NCBI RefSeq assembly: GCF_964194025.1
Contig: NC_134470.1
Location: 55,118,001 to 55,182,000 of the forward strand
Direction: 5' to 3'
Origin: Convolutriloba macropyga
Taxonomy: Eukaryota
DNA: 64,000 nucleotides
Shown here piece by piece: positions 1 to 11,489 of this stretch. The notes beneath the pieces are model-generated. The model was not told the DNA's origin and did no database searches. It saw nothing but the letters and a program-made list of their open reading frames with translations. Each line of letters begins with the position of its first letter. The first letter of the stretch is position 1. The position numbers and the translations under genes were made by a program.

Positions 1-1528
1 CGTCTCATCGTCTGCAGCTTTTGAGCTTCTGCAAGTTATTTTAATGTAACAAGGACTTGTTATGGTTGTTTCATAGTGCGGTTTTAGCGGATGTGTTATC
101 AATACAATTAGAAAATAATAGCCTTCATTTGAGCGGTTAAGCGTGATATATCCACTAGTTGCCTTGTTTTTTTAATAGCTTTTCACTGCTATATTAATCT
201 TCCTCTGCATCTATTATAACTTAGAAATTGGACAAAGTTTTCCAGATCAATCTTTTGTCCGTTTTATAAATTAAATATAAAAAAAAGAAAAGTAAGCTCA
301 AAAGATATTATTAGAGTTTAAAGATTAGAGTTTTCAACTGGCTATCAGGTTGGTTTTCTGGTGGTTGTGAATTCCGCAGTATTACCTCGAGCTGTTTTTA
401 TTGGTCCTTCGTAAATATTGATTTCAAAGTTAGGCAATTTCCGAATTTTTTAAGTTTCTTGATGTTGGTTAGTTACATACAATTTCCGTATTAGTACCTA
501 CTTTATCAGCATAATTGCTAAAGCAGGTGCGTAACTTTTCGTTACCGATTATACAAATTCATTTTCACCGAACATAAAAGGTAAGTATTCAGGCTTTTCG
601 CTACCCAGTATGTGTATTAGCAATCTGCCAATCTAGAGATTGTTGTCCTGGATGGAAGTATCGCCTTCAACTGTTTAAACATGAACTAATATATAACAAT
701 TCATTTGGATATTTAACGAATAACATCGCATAATTTTCAGACACGAAATAGTGGCGTGAGATTTTGCTGGTTCTACTTTCTTGTATTCAAGATTTTGAAT
801 GGATTGCTGTTATTTTTCTTTCGTTCTATTTGTTTAATTTTAAAACACGATGGAATTTCTGTTTCTACCTCGCAGTAATTCTGATGTCATCTTTAGGATT
901 TTAAGTTTTTGCAGCAATGAGTCTTTCTGTGGTTTTTTTCTCGTTTAAATGCTTCTGAAGTAATGACTGTTTAGAGAAAAAAATTTGGATTGTTCCGCTC
1001 CATTGTCTACTCATACCACTTAGCAGCTGACTTTGTGTGCTTGGCATTATTTTGTCCTGTCTTTGTTAAATAGAGGGGAGCAATTATTTTAATAGTTGCT
1101 CGAATTTTTTAAGAATTTATGAGATCAATTGTAATATTTTGAGCATATTTGTTTTTTCTGGATCTTAACGTTCACTTCTGTGCTTGCTTTTTACCTCTCA
1201 AGAATGTAAACTTTAGTTTAAATTGCTTTGAGGTCATTCAAACTAATGTATTAGAAAGCTATTATTTTTCACATAATTTCCAAAATTGATTAAAATTAAG
1301 TACAGAATTTGAGATCTTATTTTTAATTGCTATTGTTGTTCGTCTTTTTGACCTTTCAGGCCATAGGCTTATTCTGATGGGTCGTAACATGATATGAGGT
1401 TGGACCTAATTCTTTTGTGCTTAAAGAATCTACTAAAATGACAGGTTCCAAAGCTTATATCTGTTTTCAAATCCTATATTAATCATAAGCTTAATGCTTT
1501 TTTACTCGAGTTCGAATGAGCTGCTTAA

Positions 1529-1930
1529 TAATTGCTGCCAAACTAAGTTTGTAGCAATCATTTTAGTCTGGTTTCCAAGTATGCGATTCACATAAAATAT
1601 TTTGGAGACTTATATTTATGATGTGAAGGGCGGTTCTTAGAGGTTGACCCACCTCCCTCCCCTGCCCCCACACATCAGCCCCCCTCTCACTTCACCCCCA
1701 ATCCCCACCCCGCACATTGTTCAGGCCGTAAGGGCCCCTTGCAACCAAAAACCGCCCTCCATCCGTTGCCCCCTCCACGGTTGCCACCACATCAGCCCCC
1801 CCCCCGGTGCACGCCCGCTGTGCTCACTCAGATCCCTTCAATAAAGCTAAAGCTAGCCTCAAACCGTGCCTAGCTACAGACGAAGCCTTACGGTCGTTTG
1901 AGAGCAGTTCGCCCAACGTTAGTGAGTTAT
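1529..1930 (+). mobile_element. Family A HINE-like non-autonomous element
   Basis: 5' AATTGCTGCCAAACT..GTAGCAAT; C-rich core; 3' TCGTTTGAGAGCAGTT followed by a degenerate CCAACGTTAGTGAG hairpin. Confidence 0.7.
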
Positions 1931-2283
1931 TTTTTTTGAAACTGGTCTGTCGTCTCGTCTTCTGCAGCTTTTGAGCTTCTGCATTTTATTTTTGTTCAAG
2001 TGGACTTCGTTCCACACTAATTTTTGAAGGTTCTCTCGTGAGTGTTTTGGAGTTAATATTCAAGAGTAATTAACAAGAATTATGTCATGTACAACGACTT
2101 GATATGGCTGTTTCATAGTGCGATTTTAGTGGATGTATTGTCAATACAATTAGAAAGTAATAGCCTTCATTTGAGCGGTTAAGCGTGATATATCCACTAG
2201 TTGCCCTCAGCATCTATTAGAACTTATGAAATTGGACAAGTTTTCCAGATCATTTTTTTGTCCGTTTTATTAAAGAATATATG

Positions 2284-4495
2284 AAACAAGGCGGCTCAGC
2301 AATGTGCGATGGCACATAACGTTCCGATCCCGCCCATCCACATTTTTGACATAATTGTCTACCAAATGAAGAACAGATAGAAAACCCAAAAATTTTTTTT
2401 TGGGAGTCCCAAAAAAGCCCAAGTATTCTTCAAAAAAATTGTGTATGAACGATAAGATAGCCTCCAAAAAAAAAAAACTCAGTGGAGTAAAAATTGAAAC
2501 ATCAAATTGCTGTGATATGCCAATATTAAGAAAGCGAGTCAAGAGTAACAGCAAAATCAAACAACAACAACAACAAACATTAATTACATCAAAAATTTTT
2601 TGTCCGATTTAAAAAACAAAATTTAATAACAAAGTCAACATACCGTCAAATGAACCTAAAACTAAACAAAATAGTTTATAAATCACCAGAAAAGATATGG
2701 ACCAGTCCATAAAAAGGTTTGGTAACAATTAGACGAAAAAGAACAAAAACAGTAAAGTTAAAAAAGAACAAAAACAGTATATTTTTTTAAAACAATTAAC
2801 TTCAAAGTAGTTAAAACCATTAGAAATCAAGTAAATTGTCCCCAAGGTTTACGATTTCCAATGCTTCTATAGAAGGGCTTTAGGACCTGTCCTTATTCAT
2901 TTCTTTAAGCAGATAAAAAGAACAACAAAAAAACAATAAACAAAAATTCAATTGAAACTTGCCAGAAAACGCTGTCAAAACCGTCAAGCCATGTTTCGGC
3001 CCGCAAAATATATTCGTTTGCTCCTTCAAACACCGATAATGTAGTATTTGGCCATTTATGAGTGAGACAAGGTAACAAGTAGACAAAAAAGAGAAAAGGG
3101 GCAAAAGTATGTAATAATTTTGATTTTTTTTTCGAAACAAAATTATATCCAAAGTCATGAAAAACATTAATTACAAAAGGAAATATTTAAATAGGGTCGT
3201 TTATTCATCCAAATTAATGCTTTGAGGCCTGCAATTATCCAGAATAATTCTTGCGTCTGCAAAAAGAACGTCAAATATGACAAAAATCAAATTAATTTAC
3301 TTTATGAAAATCCGGTGTCGAAGTCAGTAAGGTCATAACGCATTCTTTAAAAAAAAGATTTTGGAAAACCAATCCCTTTTGATGCCTTCCCTTGACACCC
3401 ATAATGTCATATTTGAACTGTAATTAACGAGACTAGGTACCGAAAGGAAAAATAAAAGGAACAAACTATTGAAGTTAAAAAGTTTTTTTTTTTAGTTTTG
3501 GAAAACGATTGTTTTCAAAGTCATGAAAGCCATCAGCTATCTTCTGATAACAGAATATCGGCTCGTCCATTCTTCCATAAAAAGTCAGTGAAACCTATCA
3601 CTATAAAGGAAATTTCATACAAAGGAAATGACAAAGTAAAAATGACATTAAAGACAATATTAAAAAATTCAATTAATTTCTTGAAGAAAGAAGTGTCGAG
3701 GCCGTTGAAACGATAATCTCTATCTTTAAGGATTTTAACATGTTCAATTATGTTTCATTTTGAACGCTAATAATGTGATATGAGAACTGTCAGTAATGTG
3801 ATAATGTGACTAGAAAACGTGAAAAACTGGCAAATTTTTAAAAACAAAAAAAAAATCTGAATTCTGATAGTATCAAAGCCAGAAAACAATATCTTCAGGC
3901 TTAAAAACGCAATCGAGACTAAATTTCCAATCAGTAGAATGAAGAAGCATTCTTTTTTTGCTGACACGAAACTGCAAGTTGACCAAATAAAGAAAAAAAG
4001 GAGGAAAAGTTCATTAAGCCATTTATTTAAAAACCAATTATTGGGGGTGTAGTTCCGGCAAATTTTATCAAAGTGGACTAAAGTAGCTTATTTCGTGCTG
4101 TTTTTTTGATGAAAAAGGCTGAATTTTGAAATATTTATCCAGAGTTTCTGACCAAAAAAATCAGAATAATCAACAAGGCTTTTTTGTCCTTAAAAATAAA
4201 ATCAACGACACTATTCTTAAAAATTTCACCAAATTTTAGCAAAATTGACGAAAAATTAGGCAAACATTTCGGAAAATGTGAATAAAACAACGTGAATTCA
4301 CTCTCCTTTTTTCAGAAGTTTAAACCTCGATAACTCTCTGTAGAAAACGAAAATTAAAAAAAATCTTTCTGGACGAGCTTTCTAATGATACCAGTCTCAA
4401 CTCTCTACGATGAATATATCGATCGGCGAAAATTGACTGAACAAAAAAACCCATTTGAGTATATAGTTCCTCACCCTCAAGAGGGGTCGGAGCAA
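2284..4495 (-). mobile_element. Family C HINE/Helentron-like non-autonomous element (~2.2 kb)
   Basis: Reverse-complement homolog of 47759-50811. SubTIRs GTTCCGATCCC (2321) and GGGGTCGGAGC (4483); hairpin ATGTGCGATGGCACAT (2302-2317). Inserted in an A-run with no TSD relative to the empty paralogous site at about 275-290. Confidence 0.75.
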
Positions 4496-5939
4496 AAAGA
4501 AAAGGAAGTTTACCGAGATGTTATAAGAGTGTAAAGATAAAGTTTTCAACTGGATATCATTCTGGTTCTCTGGTGTCTGGTGATTGTCAATTCCGCAGTG
4601 TTACCTCGAGCTGTATTTATTGGTCCTTCGTAAATATTGAATGATCTCCAAGTTGGGCAATTTCCGACTTTTGTACATTCCTAGATGTTGGTTAAATACA
4701 TACAATTTCCGTATTAGTACCCACTTTATCAGCATAATTGCTACACCGAGTTCATAACTTTCCGTTGCCATATTTACTAATTTTACAAATTCATTTTCAC
4801 CGATCTTAAAAGGTAAGTATTGAGGATTTTGGGTACCTAATATGCTTATTAGCAATTTGCCAATCTAGAGATTGCTGTCCTGGATGGAAATTTGGCCTTG
4901 AACTGTTTAAACATGAACTAATTTATAGCAATTCATTCGGATATTTAAGGAAAAACAACGGGTAATTTTGAGACACGAAATATTGGCGTGACATACAATT
5001 ATTTGTCCACAGCTAAATTTAGCCTTCTGGAGATCATTTATTTTTCCGTTGAAGTTTTCTAACGGAAATTGCTTCTATAGATTCTGTTACTTGTCACCTC
5101 TGTTTGTTTAATTTTAAAACACCATGGATTTGGTTTATTGCTAAAGCCCTTTTTTTGAACCAACGACAATCTAGACGTTAAATTGTACATTTCTCACATT
5201 TTTTCTAGCGATTGTGTTGTTAGCTGTTTCTACCTAGTAGTAATTCTGATATTACATTTAGGAATATGAAAGCTTTTGCAGCAATGAGTCTTCTTGTGAT
5301 GTTTTTTTCTGAGTCATATGCTTTTGAAGGTATGACGACTTAGAGAAAAGAATTTTTGGATTGTTCCGCTCCCTTTTCTGGAGACGGTTCCCTGAATTCT
5401 TCCACTTCTAATCTTACCACTTAGCAGCTGAATTTGTGTGCTTGGCATTATTTTGTCCTGTCTTTGTTAAAAAGAGAGGAGCAATTATTTTAAAAGTTTT
5501 TAGATTTTTTTAAGAATTTATGAGATCAATTGTAATATTTTGTGCATATGACTTTTCTGGATCGTAACGTTCACTTCTGTGCTTGCTTTTTAACTCTGAA
5601 TTTAGAATGTAAACTTTAATTGAAATTGCTTTGAGGGAATTCAAACTATTTTATTTAGCGTATTATAAAAAGCTATTTTTTTTAACGTAAGTTCGTGATT
5701 TGATTAAGATTAAGAACAGAATTTGAGATCATGTTTTTAATTGCTATTATTGTTCGTCTTCTTGACCTTTCAGGCCATGGGCTAATTCTGATGGGTCGTA
5801 ACATGATATGAGATTGGACCTAATTCATTTGTGCTCGAAGAATTGACTAAAATGACCAGGTCCAAAGCTCAGATGATCTGTTTTGAAATACAATATTAAT
5901 CATAAGCTTTTTTTGCTTGAGTTCGAATGAGCTTCTTAA

Positions 5940-6355
5940 TAATTGAGGTAGCCGATTTTTCGTAAAGAGGTAGCGCCCAGCGGGCATTAAGTGCTCTCAG
6001 AGGCCTTCAATTCACTGGTGTCCAATTATGCGAATCACAGAACGTCTTTGGAGACTTATACTTATCATGTGAAGGGCGGTTCTTTGAGGTTGACGCACCT
6101 CCGCCCCCCCCCCCACACACACACACACATCAGCCCCCCCTTCACTTCACCTCCAATCCCCACCCCGCACAACCCTCAGGCCGTAAGGGCCCCTTGCAGC
6201 CAAAAACCTGTGCACCCCGCTGCGCTCACTTCACGCCCCTTCAATTAAGCTAAAGTTAGCCTCACTAAACCGTGGTTAGCTAATGACGAAGCCAACCACT
6301 CGCCGGTAGTTGGTTCAATCTTGTATGAGAGCAATTCGCCCGACGTTAATGGGTT
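5940..6355 (+). mobile_element. Family A HINE-like element (paralog of 1529-1930, internally deleted near the 5' end)
   Basis: Core GGTAGCGCCCAGCGGGCATTAAGTGCTC; C-rich tract; 3' GAGAGCAATTCGCCCGACGTTAATGGG. Confidence 0.7.
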
Positions 6356-6684
6356 TTGCTTTTAGTTTTGTAGTGGGATTTTTAGTACCAATTTTTTGTC
6401 ATCGGGCCTATTGATTTTTTCAGCTAGAAGTCTCAAAATTAATTTAGCGTTTTGCGGTTATTGACCGGCAACATATCGCGGCTATGTTTTCTTTTGAATG
6501 TAAATCAACGTGTTGTTCTATAATACAATAAAATAACATCACATTACGCGCTTTAATTGAGTTATGCCCCACTTCTGCTGTTTGAGAGCAATTCACGAAT
6601 TTGCCCCATTTTTGCCAGTTAAGTCTGAGCATCTTGTATGATTTTTTTGGCAAGAGAGTGAAGTGGACTGTATTTCTGTTTCAG

Positions 6685-7544
6685 ACAAGCCTCATCCTTC
6701 TAATGAAGAGTGCTGTGCAATAGCGGAGGCCCTAAACCAGGAGCGGAACACAGTCAGAATATGGTTTGGAAATAGACGACAGAAGGACAAGAGACTGCAC
6801 GTGAACCCGGTGATAGCAGCGCCCACAGCTTCTTTCGCAGCTCATCAGTCCTCCCTTGTCAATTACACAGCTAATTCTGACCTTATGGCAATGGAACCAA
6901 CAGAGGAAGGTGTGTATCACTTTGTGTAATAATTGGGTTCACACACCGAGGTTATACAATTTAATGACCTTAATGTGGGATTGGAGGTACGGGGGCTGAA
7001 ACACAAGGTTTCCAAAAGGTTTTCGAGATATCCATCGTTTGCACGAATCGGCTTTTTTGAGGCTTATAGGCTGTATTTTTAAATGTTTTGAATACTTTTA
7101 ATGTTTGCGTTGAATGTATTTTTTAATGTTTGCGCAGTCTGGTAAATGTATGGATTAGCCGACCCCCCCCCCTCCCTCGGGCTCCCCAAAAGTATGGACG
7201 TCTCTTTGTGATTTATTTACACAGTAATCTTTGGGAGCTTCTGATTTTGGTCGCGCTATCTTTGTCGTTGTAGATTTGGGGTATGTGAGAGAGTCCTAAT
7301 TTTTGCTGATATTTCAGAACATCCCATGATGATGGTTCCTGTCTCATCAGGAGGTACAGTAGCTAGCTGCGGAAGTTCTAATTTAGTGCTGCAACCTTCC
7401 AAATCATCAGCCTTTTCGGCCCCTCCACCACCGGTGTTACACCACCAACAACTTAGCGCTACTGCTTCCCATATTGCGTCATCCGCGGATGCAATGAGCA
7501 ATAATAGCTCAAGTTTCAGTGTAGCTTTCACTCATCCAAATTGA
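6685..7544 (+). CDS. POU-class-like homeobox transcription factor, last two coding exons (6685-6909, 7318-7544); upstream exons not found in window
   Basis: After the TTTCAG acceptor at 6684 the frame reads KPHPSNEECCAIAEALNQERNTVRIWFGNRRQKDKR, matching POU homeodomain helices 2-3 (consensus VRVWFCNRRQKxKR). The phase-1 donor GAAG|GTGTGT at 6909/6910 joins in frame to TTTCAG|AA at 7318, giving a Ser/Pro/His-rich tail to TGA at 7542-7544. Confidence 0.8.
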
Positions 7545-8324
7545 ACTGAATCGCGCTCATTTCTTTGTTTACGATATTTATATATATGATGGTCACATTA
7601 AACAAAATTGAACTCCAAATGTTTTTTGAAGATCTGATTTCATGTCCGAATTATTGACCAAAAGGAATTGTTTCAATTAAAGATTACACTAAGTTTCAGC
7701 ATTGCATGAAAAGCCTACTTTTGCTTAAGTAATTCTTTGCATGAAGAATGTTTTTGATGATGGCTGAAGTTCCGCACATGTCGGAGTTAATTTTACACGT
7801 TTTACATAGAGCATCATGTGGTAATATAAATAAACTAATCTAGTAACTAAATTAAAAAGTCAACGCTCTCCAGGTATGAGAAAAGTAGCATCACTCAAAC
7901 TAAAAGGAGCGGCTTTTATTCTGGCTCAAGTCAAGAGCATGATTTGGTTTATCAATCAAATTAGTGCTTGTTTTCATCCTGGAGAGTTGTCAATTAGTTA
8001 GAATCTAAATAAATAAATTTTAAGTTAATGAGAACGGATTAAATTTTGTTGCTGAAATTAAATAACTGCCAGCTATAGGGCAATATTTGTCATTAATATA
8101 GGAAAAAATCGATTTAATTGATATATTCAAACAAATATGAGCACCCACTGAAGTCGGCGGTATCGCAATGATGGACTTATGGGCTAACCCACAGTGATAT
8201 ATTGGTTCCTCTTGACATTTAACCAATAGAAATGAACGTTGATCAATAGTTTCTGTTCGAGTTCCTGCTAAATGTTGCTTCGAAAATGGAGCAAAATATT
8301 TTTAGTTAGAGCTTCCTAATTTTT

Positions 8325-8578
8325 CTTGCTCTCGAACAAAGCTTGACGCAATAATATTAAACGTGTGTGTCGTTTGCTTGATCTCAATTTTTTTTCATTC
8401 CGAAATAAAGTTTGTAGCTAAAATAAAATCGATTGTGAGTGGTAGAGTATCAAAGACGTAGAAGCTTAGTCGGAACGGTGTTACGGCCATCCTCCAGGTT
8501 GCGGGTTTGAAACCCTTTTGGGTGGATTTTGTCCCCGTCTGTCGTACGAGAGCAATTCATCCGACGTTATTCAGTTTA
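8325..8578 (+). mobile_element. Family A element, tRNA-cassette subtype
   Basis: 5' TTGCTCTCGAACAA; internal A-box-like AGCTTAGTCGG and B-box-like GGTTTGAAACCC; 3' TCGTACGAGAGCAATTCATCCGACGTTA. Confidence 0.6.
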
Positions 8579-8584
8579 TTTTCA

Positions 8585-9063
8585 GTTGTTCTCAAACGAA
8601 GTTATAGTTGCAATTACATTGGTGCAATTATATATGTGGTCTTATGCGATTTTTCGGTTTGCCGGTTTTTCATGTGACCTATTTGACTTTTCGTCCTCAA
8701 AAACGGGATAAACAGTTGATGCCAGTAGAGCATTAAGTTCTCTTAGAGCCGTGCGCCTTAACAGTCTCTAAGAATGAGATTAACCAAAACTGTTTCGAGG
8801 AGACAAATTAATCGTGTGAAGGGCGGTTCTTAGTCTTTCCCCAACACACCCATTCATCGTGTGAGGGGCGGTCCTCCCAACACACTCCAGTCCACCCTCA
8901 TCCACCTGGCAATTTGGACCACCTCATCCAGCCCTCTCAACCCTACCCCCACTCCGCTCACATCCCCTCAATGCTAGCATCTTTAAGCCCCAGCTGGGGA
9001 CTACTGAAGGCAACCGCTCGTCGGTTGTTTAAGCGCAATTCGCCCAACTCTAGTCGGTTGTTT
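8585..9063 (+). mobile_element. Family A HINE-like element
   Basis: 5' GTTGTTCTCAAACGAAG..GCAATT; core CTCAAAAACGGGATAAACAG; C-rich tract; 3' GCGCAATTCGCCCAACTCTAGTCGGTTGTTT. Confidence 0.7.
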
Positions 9064-9109
9064 TCCTCGTAGTAAATCATCAGTGCGTAAAGATTCATTG
9101 CTGTTTTAT

Positions 9110-10208
9110 TATAGCTGCGAAGCTGTAAGCTGAGCGTAGCTATATTGCGGTGCTCTTGGTTTTTTACAATTCAAAGAATTTGAATTGTATTGGGGCGCTG
9201 TCTTTTTTTTTAAGATCTGTTCACACATTTTCATGATTTTTGAAGTCAAATTGGAGTAGTGATTTTGGTCACGCCGAAACAGGAAATGGAGCGAAAAAGC
9301 GAGTGGTTTTGCGGCGTGAAGTTTTTTCGCTCTAATTTTGAAGTAGAGTGAGAAAACGGTGTTTGAACAAAAATTCGGTTTCTCGGTAGTGGTTTTTGTT
9401 CACATGCGGCAATTTCACTCTGATTTTTACTGTTTTTTCGATTTTTTGGACCGGATTTTTTTCTAAATGGTTTTCCCAATCCTTTCACAGCTCATTCTAG
9501 GCCTAGTTTTTTGTTTGAATTAAATTTTTATTTCTCGCTAGTGGTTTTTTGTTCACATGCTGAATTTTGACATTGATTTTCTGTTTTTTTTCTGGTTTTT
9601 TTATCTGATTTTTTTCAGTGGTTTTCTCAGTTCACTCATAGTCCATTCTAGGTCTAGTTTTTCTGTTTAGTCAATGAAAATTCTTTGAATTGTACGTCAG
9701 GACTTGTCCTGCTATGTTTTTTTGTTTCGTCGTCTGACGCTCTTTTTTCGTTTTACATTTGTTCACACAGCAAAGCTGAAAAAGTCAAATTTTCTGAATG
9801 ACTTCTTCCTCTCACTAACGGCATTTGAGCGCGTGACGTCATTTCTTACTCGCTTTAAGTATTTTAGCAAAAGTTTTAGCAAAAGTTTTAAGGTTATTTG
9901 CGTGATTAGATTTTGATCATACGTGACTTACTTCACTCAATAAAATGACTTTTGCACTTTAAAACTTAAGTTTAATTTGAATTTGTTTAAGGACAAAGGA
10001 ACTCATATGTGCAGTAAAGGTCCCTAATAAGAGGCTTCCGCGGAATGAATTTTAACAAGCTTTATTAAATTATCGCTGAATGTTTTTTTACCTGGTTTTT
10101 GAGCGGCGTCGATTTTTCAATTTCGATCTGTATCTGTTTCTATCTCTATTATATGGCACGCAGGTCTATTCTTTCGCAGCTATTCCGGCAATCTGCCGGC
10201 TATGTTTT
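9110..10208 (+). mobile_element. Family B HINE-like element (long form)
   Basis: 5' ATAGCTGCGAA..GTAGCTAT; body closely similar to 33192-34666; 3' TTCGCAGCTATT, hairpin CCGGCAATCTGCCGG, then CTATGTTT. Confidence 0.7.
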
Positions 10209-11032
10209 TTACCTAATGTTGCGCTGATTTAAGTAATGCATAATTTTCATCCAAATAACTATTACCCTATCTTGGAGGACAGTAATCTATAACGATTTAT
10301 GAAGTGTCAGACTTGGTGGGTAAAGATAACACTTGGGTAAAGAAAAACCTGGCAGACTTAGGTAAAGATAATATGTTATGTTTGTTCGAATGTGGCAATC
10401 AATTGTTAATGAATGGGCTCTTAAAGGTTAACATACTCCAATTATGTGAAAATAAGCAGCTGTCTAGCTGACAACAGTGGAATTGTTTCCTTGCTCCTCT
10501 TGAGTTGACAAATATTTAGTATTTACGGAAAGTGTACATTATTCGGATCAGATCAATTTGTTTTTGGTTTTTCATGAAGACAGTTTGCCTTCTACTGTGG
10601 CTCTGGCGCAAGACTCGATTAAATTTGGTTTCATCTGTATATTCTACAACAAATTTTTCGGATCTGATCACTCTGTGGATTTAGAGATATCGCAATTATG
10701 GATAGAAAGGCTAAAATACACTAAAACCTTATTTTCTCTTCACGATTGCCTAAGGTTTATTGGCGTTGATAATTATTTTTTTGCAAGTTTCTATGAACTT
10801 CAAATACAGAGCAAATTTTTTCATAGAGTTTCCTGCGTTTTTCTTTTTTTTTCCCTACTTTTTAAATTAGTTTTGACTTGGAGTTTTTTTGAATTGTTTG
10901 CGTACTGATAGGTATCTTTCTCCTTTTTTCCGGCATGATCTTCTTTTTTTCCATGAATAACGCTTCAATTATTTGCGGAATCAGATGGCTCTTGTTCGTA
11001 TTTTAAACCATTTGAGCTCAGTTGTGCTTTTT

Positions 11033-11425
11033 AATTGCTCTCAAACGAATTTTGTAGCAATTATATTAGTCCTGTCGGTCTTTTTTATGCGATTTTTCGC
11101 TTGACCAATTTTTCGTCTGACGCATTTGTCTTTTCGTCCTCAAAAACGGGATAAACCGGTAGCGCCCAGCGGGCATTAAGTGCTCCAGCTCACTAGTATG
11201 CGATTCACGGAATCTTTTTTGGAGACATATTCTTATGGTGCGGTTCTTAGAAATTTAACCCCCCCACTGTTGCCAGCTCATCAGCCCCCGGTGCACCCCC
11301 CTCCGCTGCGCTCACTTAAGCCCCTTCAATTAAGCTAAAGCTAGCCTCACTAAACCGCGCCTAGTTACTGACGAAGCCAGCCGGTCGTTTGAGAGCAATT
11401 CGCCCGACGTTAGTCGGCTATGTTT
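11033..11425 (+). mobile_element. Family A HINE-like element (complete)
   Basis: Perfect subTIR pair AATTGCTCTCAAACGA (11033) and TCGTTTGAGAGCAATT (about 11385-11400); local fold-back AGCAATT; 3' hairpin CCGAC-GTTA-GTCGG then CTATGTTT. Confidence 0.8.
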
Positions 11426-11489
11426 GGTATTGGTCTGTCGTCTCATCTTCTGCAGCTTTTGAGCTTCTGCAAATTATTTTCATGTTACA

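Larger units (their letters stand above)
1..6355 (+). repeat. Diverged tandem duplication of a ~1.95 kb unit (unit 1 about 1-1945; unit 2 about 1946-2283 plus 4495-6355, interrupted by a family C element)
   Basis: 1-290 aligns by eye to about 1950-2280 (shared GCCTTCATTTGAGCGGTTAAGCGTGATATATCCACTAGTTGCC). About 300-1930 aligns to about 4510-6350 (shared AATTCCGCAGT..TTACCTCGAGCTG and TTGACCTTTCAGGCCAT..CTGATGGGTCGTAACATGATATGAG). Each unit ends in a family A element. Confidence 0.85.

Noticed and set aside
1644-1844. Proline-rich ORFs (also 5991-6248, 11585-11773, 36469-36696)
   Set aside because: Translations of the C-rich core of family A repeats; non-ATG starts and no splice or domain support.
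7274-7280. Possible 7-nt micro-exon (TTGTAG|ATTTGGG|GTATGT) in the POU intron
   Set aside because: Inclusion would shift the frame and leave a 37-nt intron; the direct 6909-7318 splice is already in frame.
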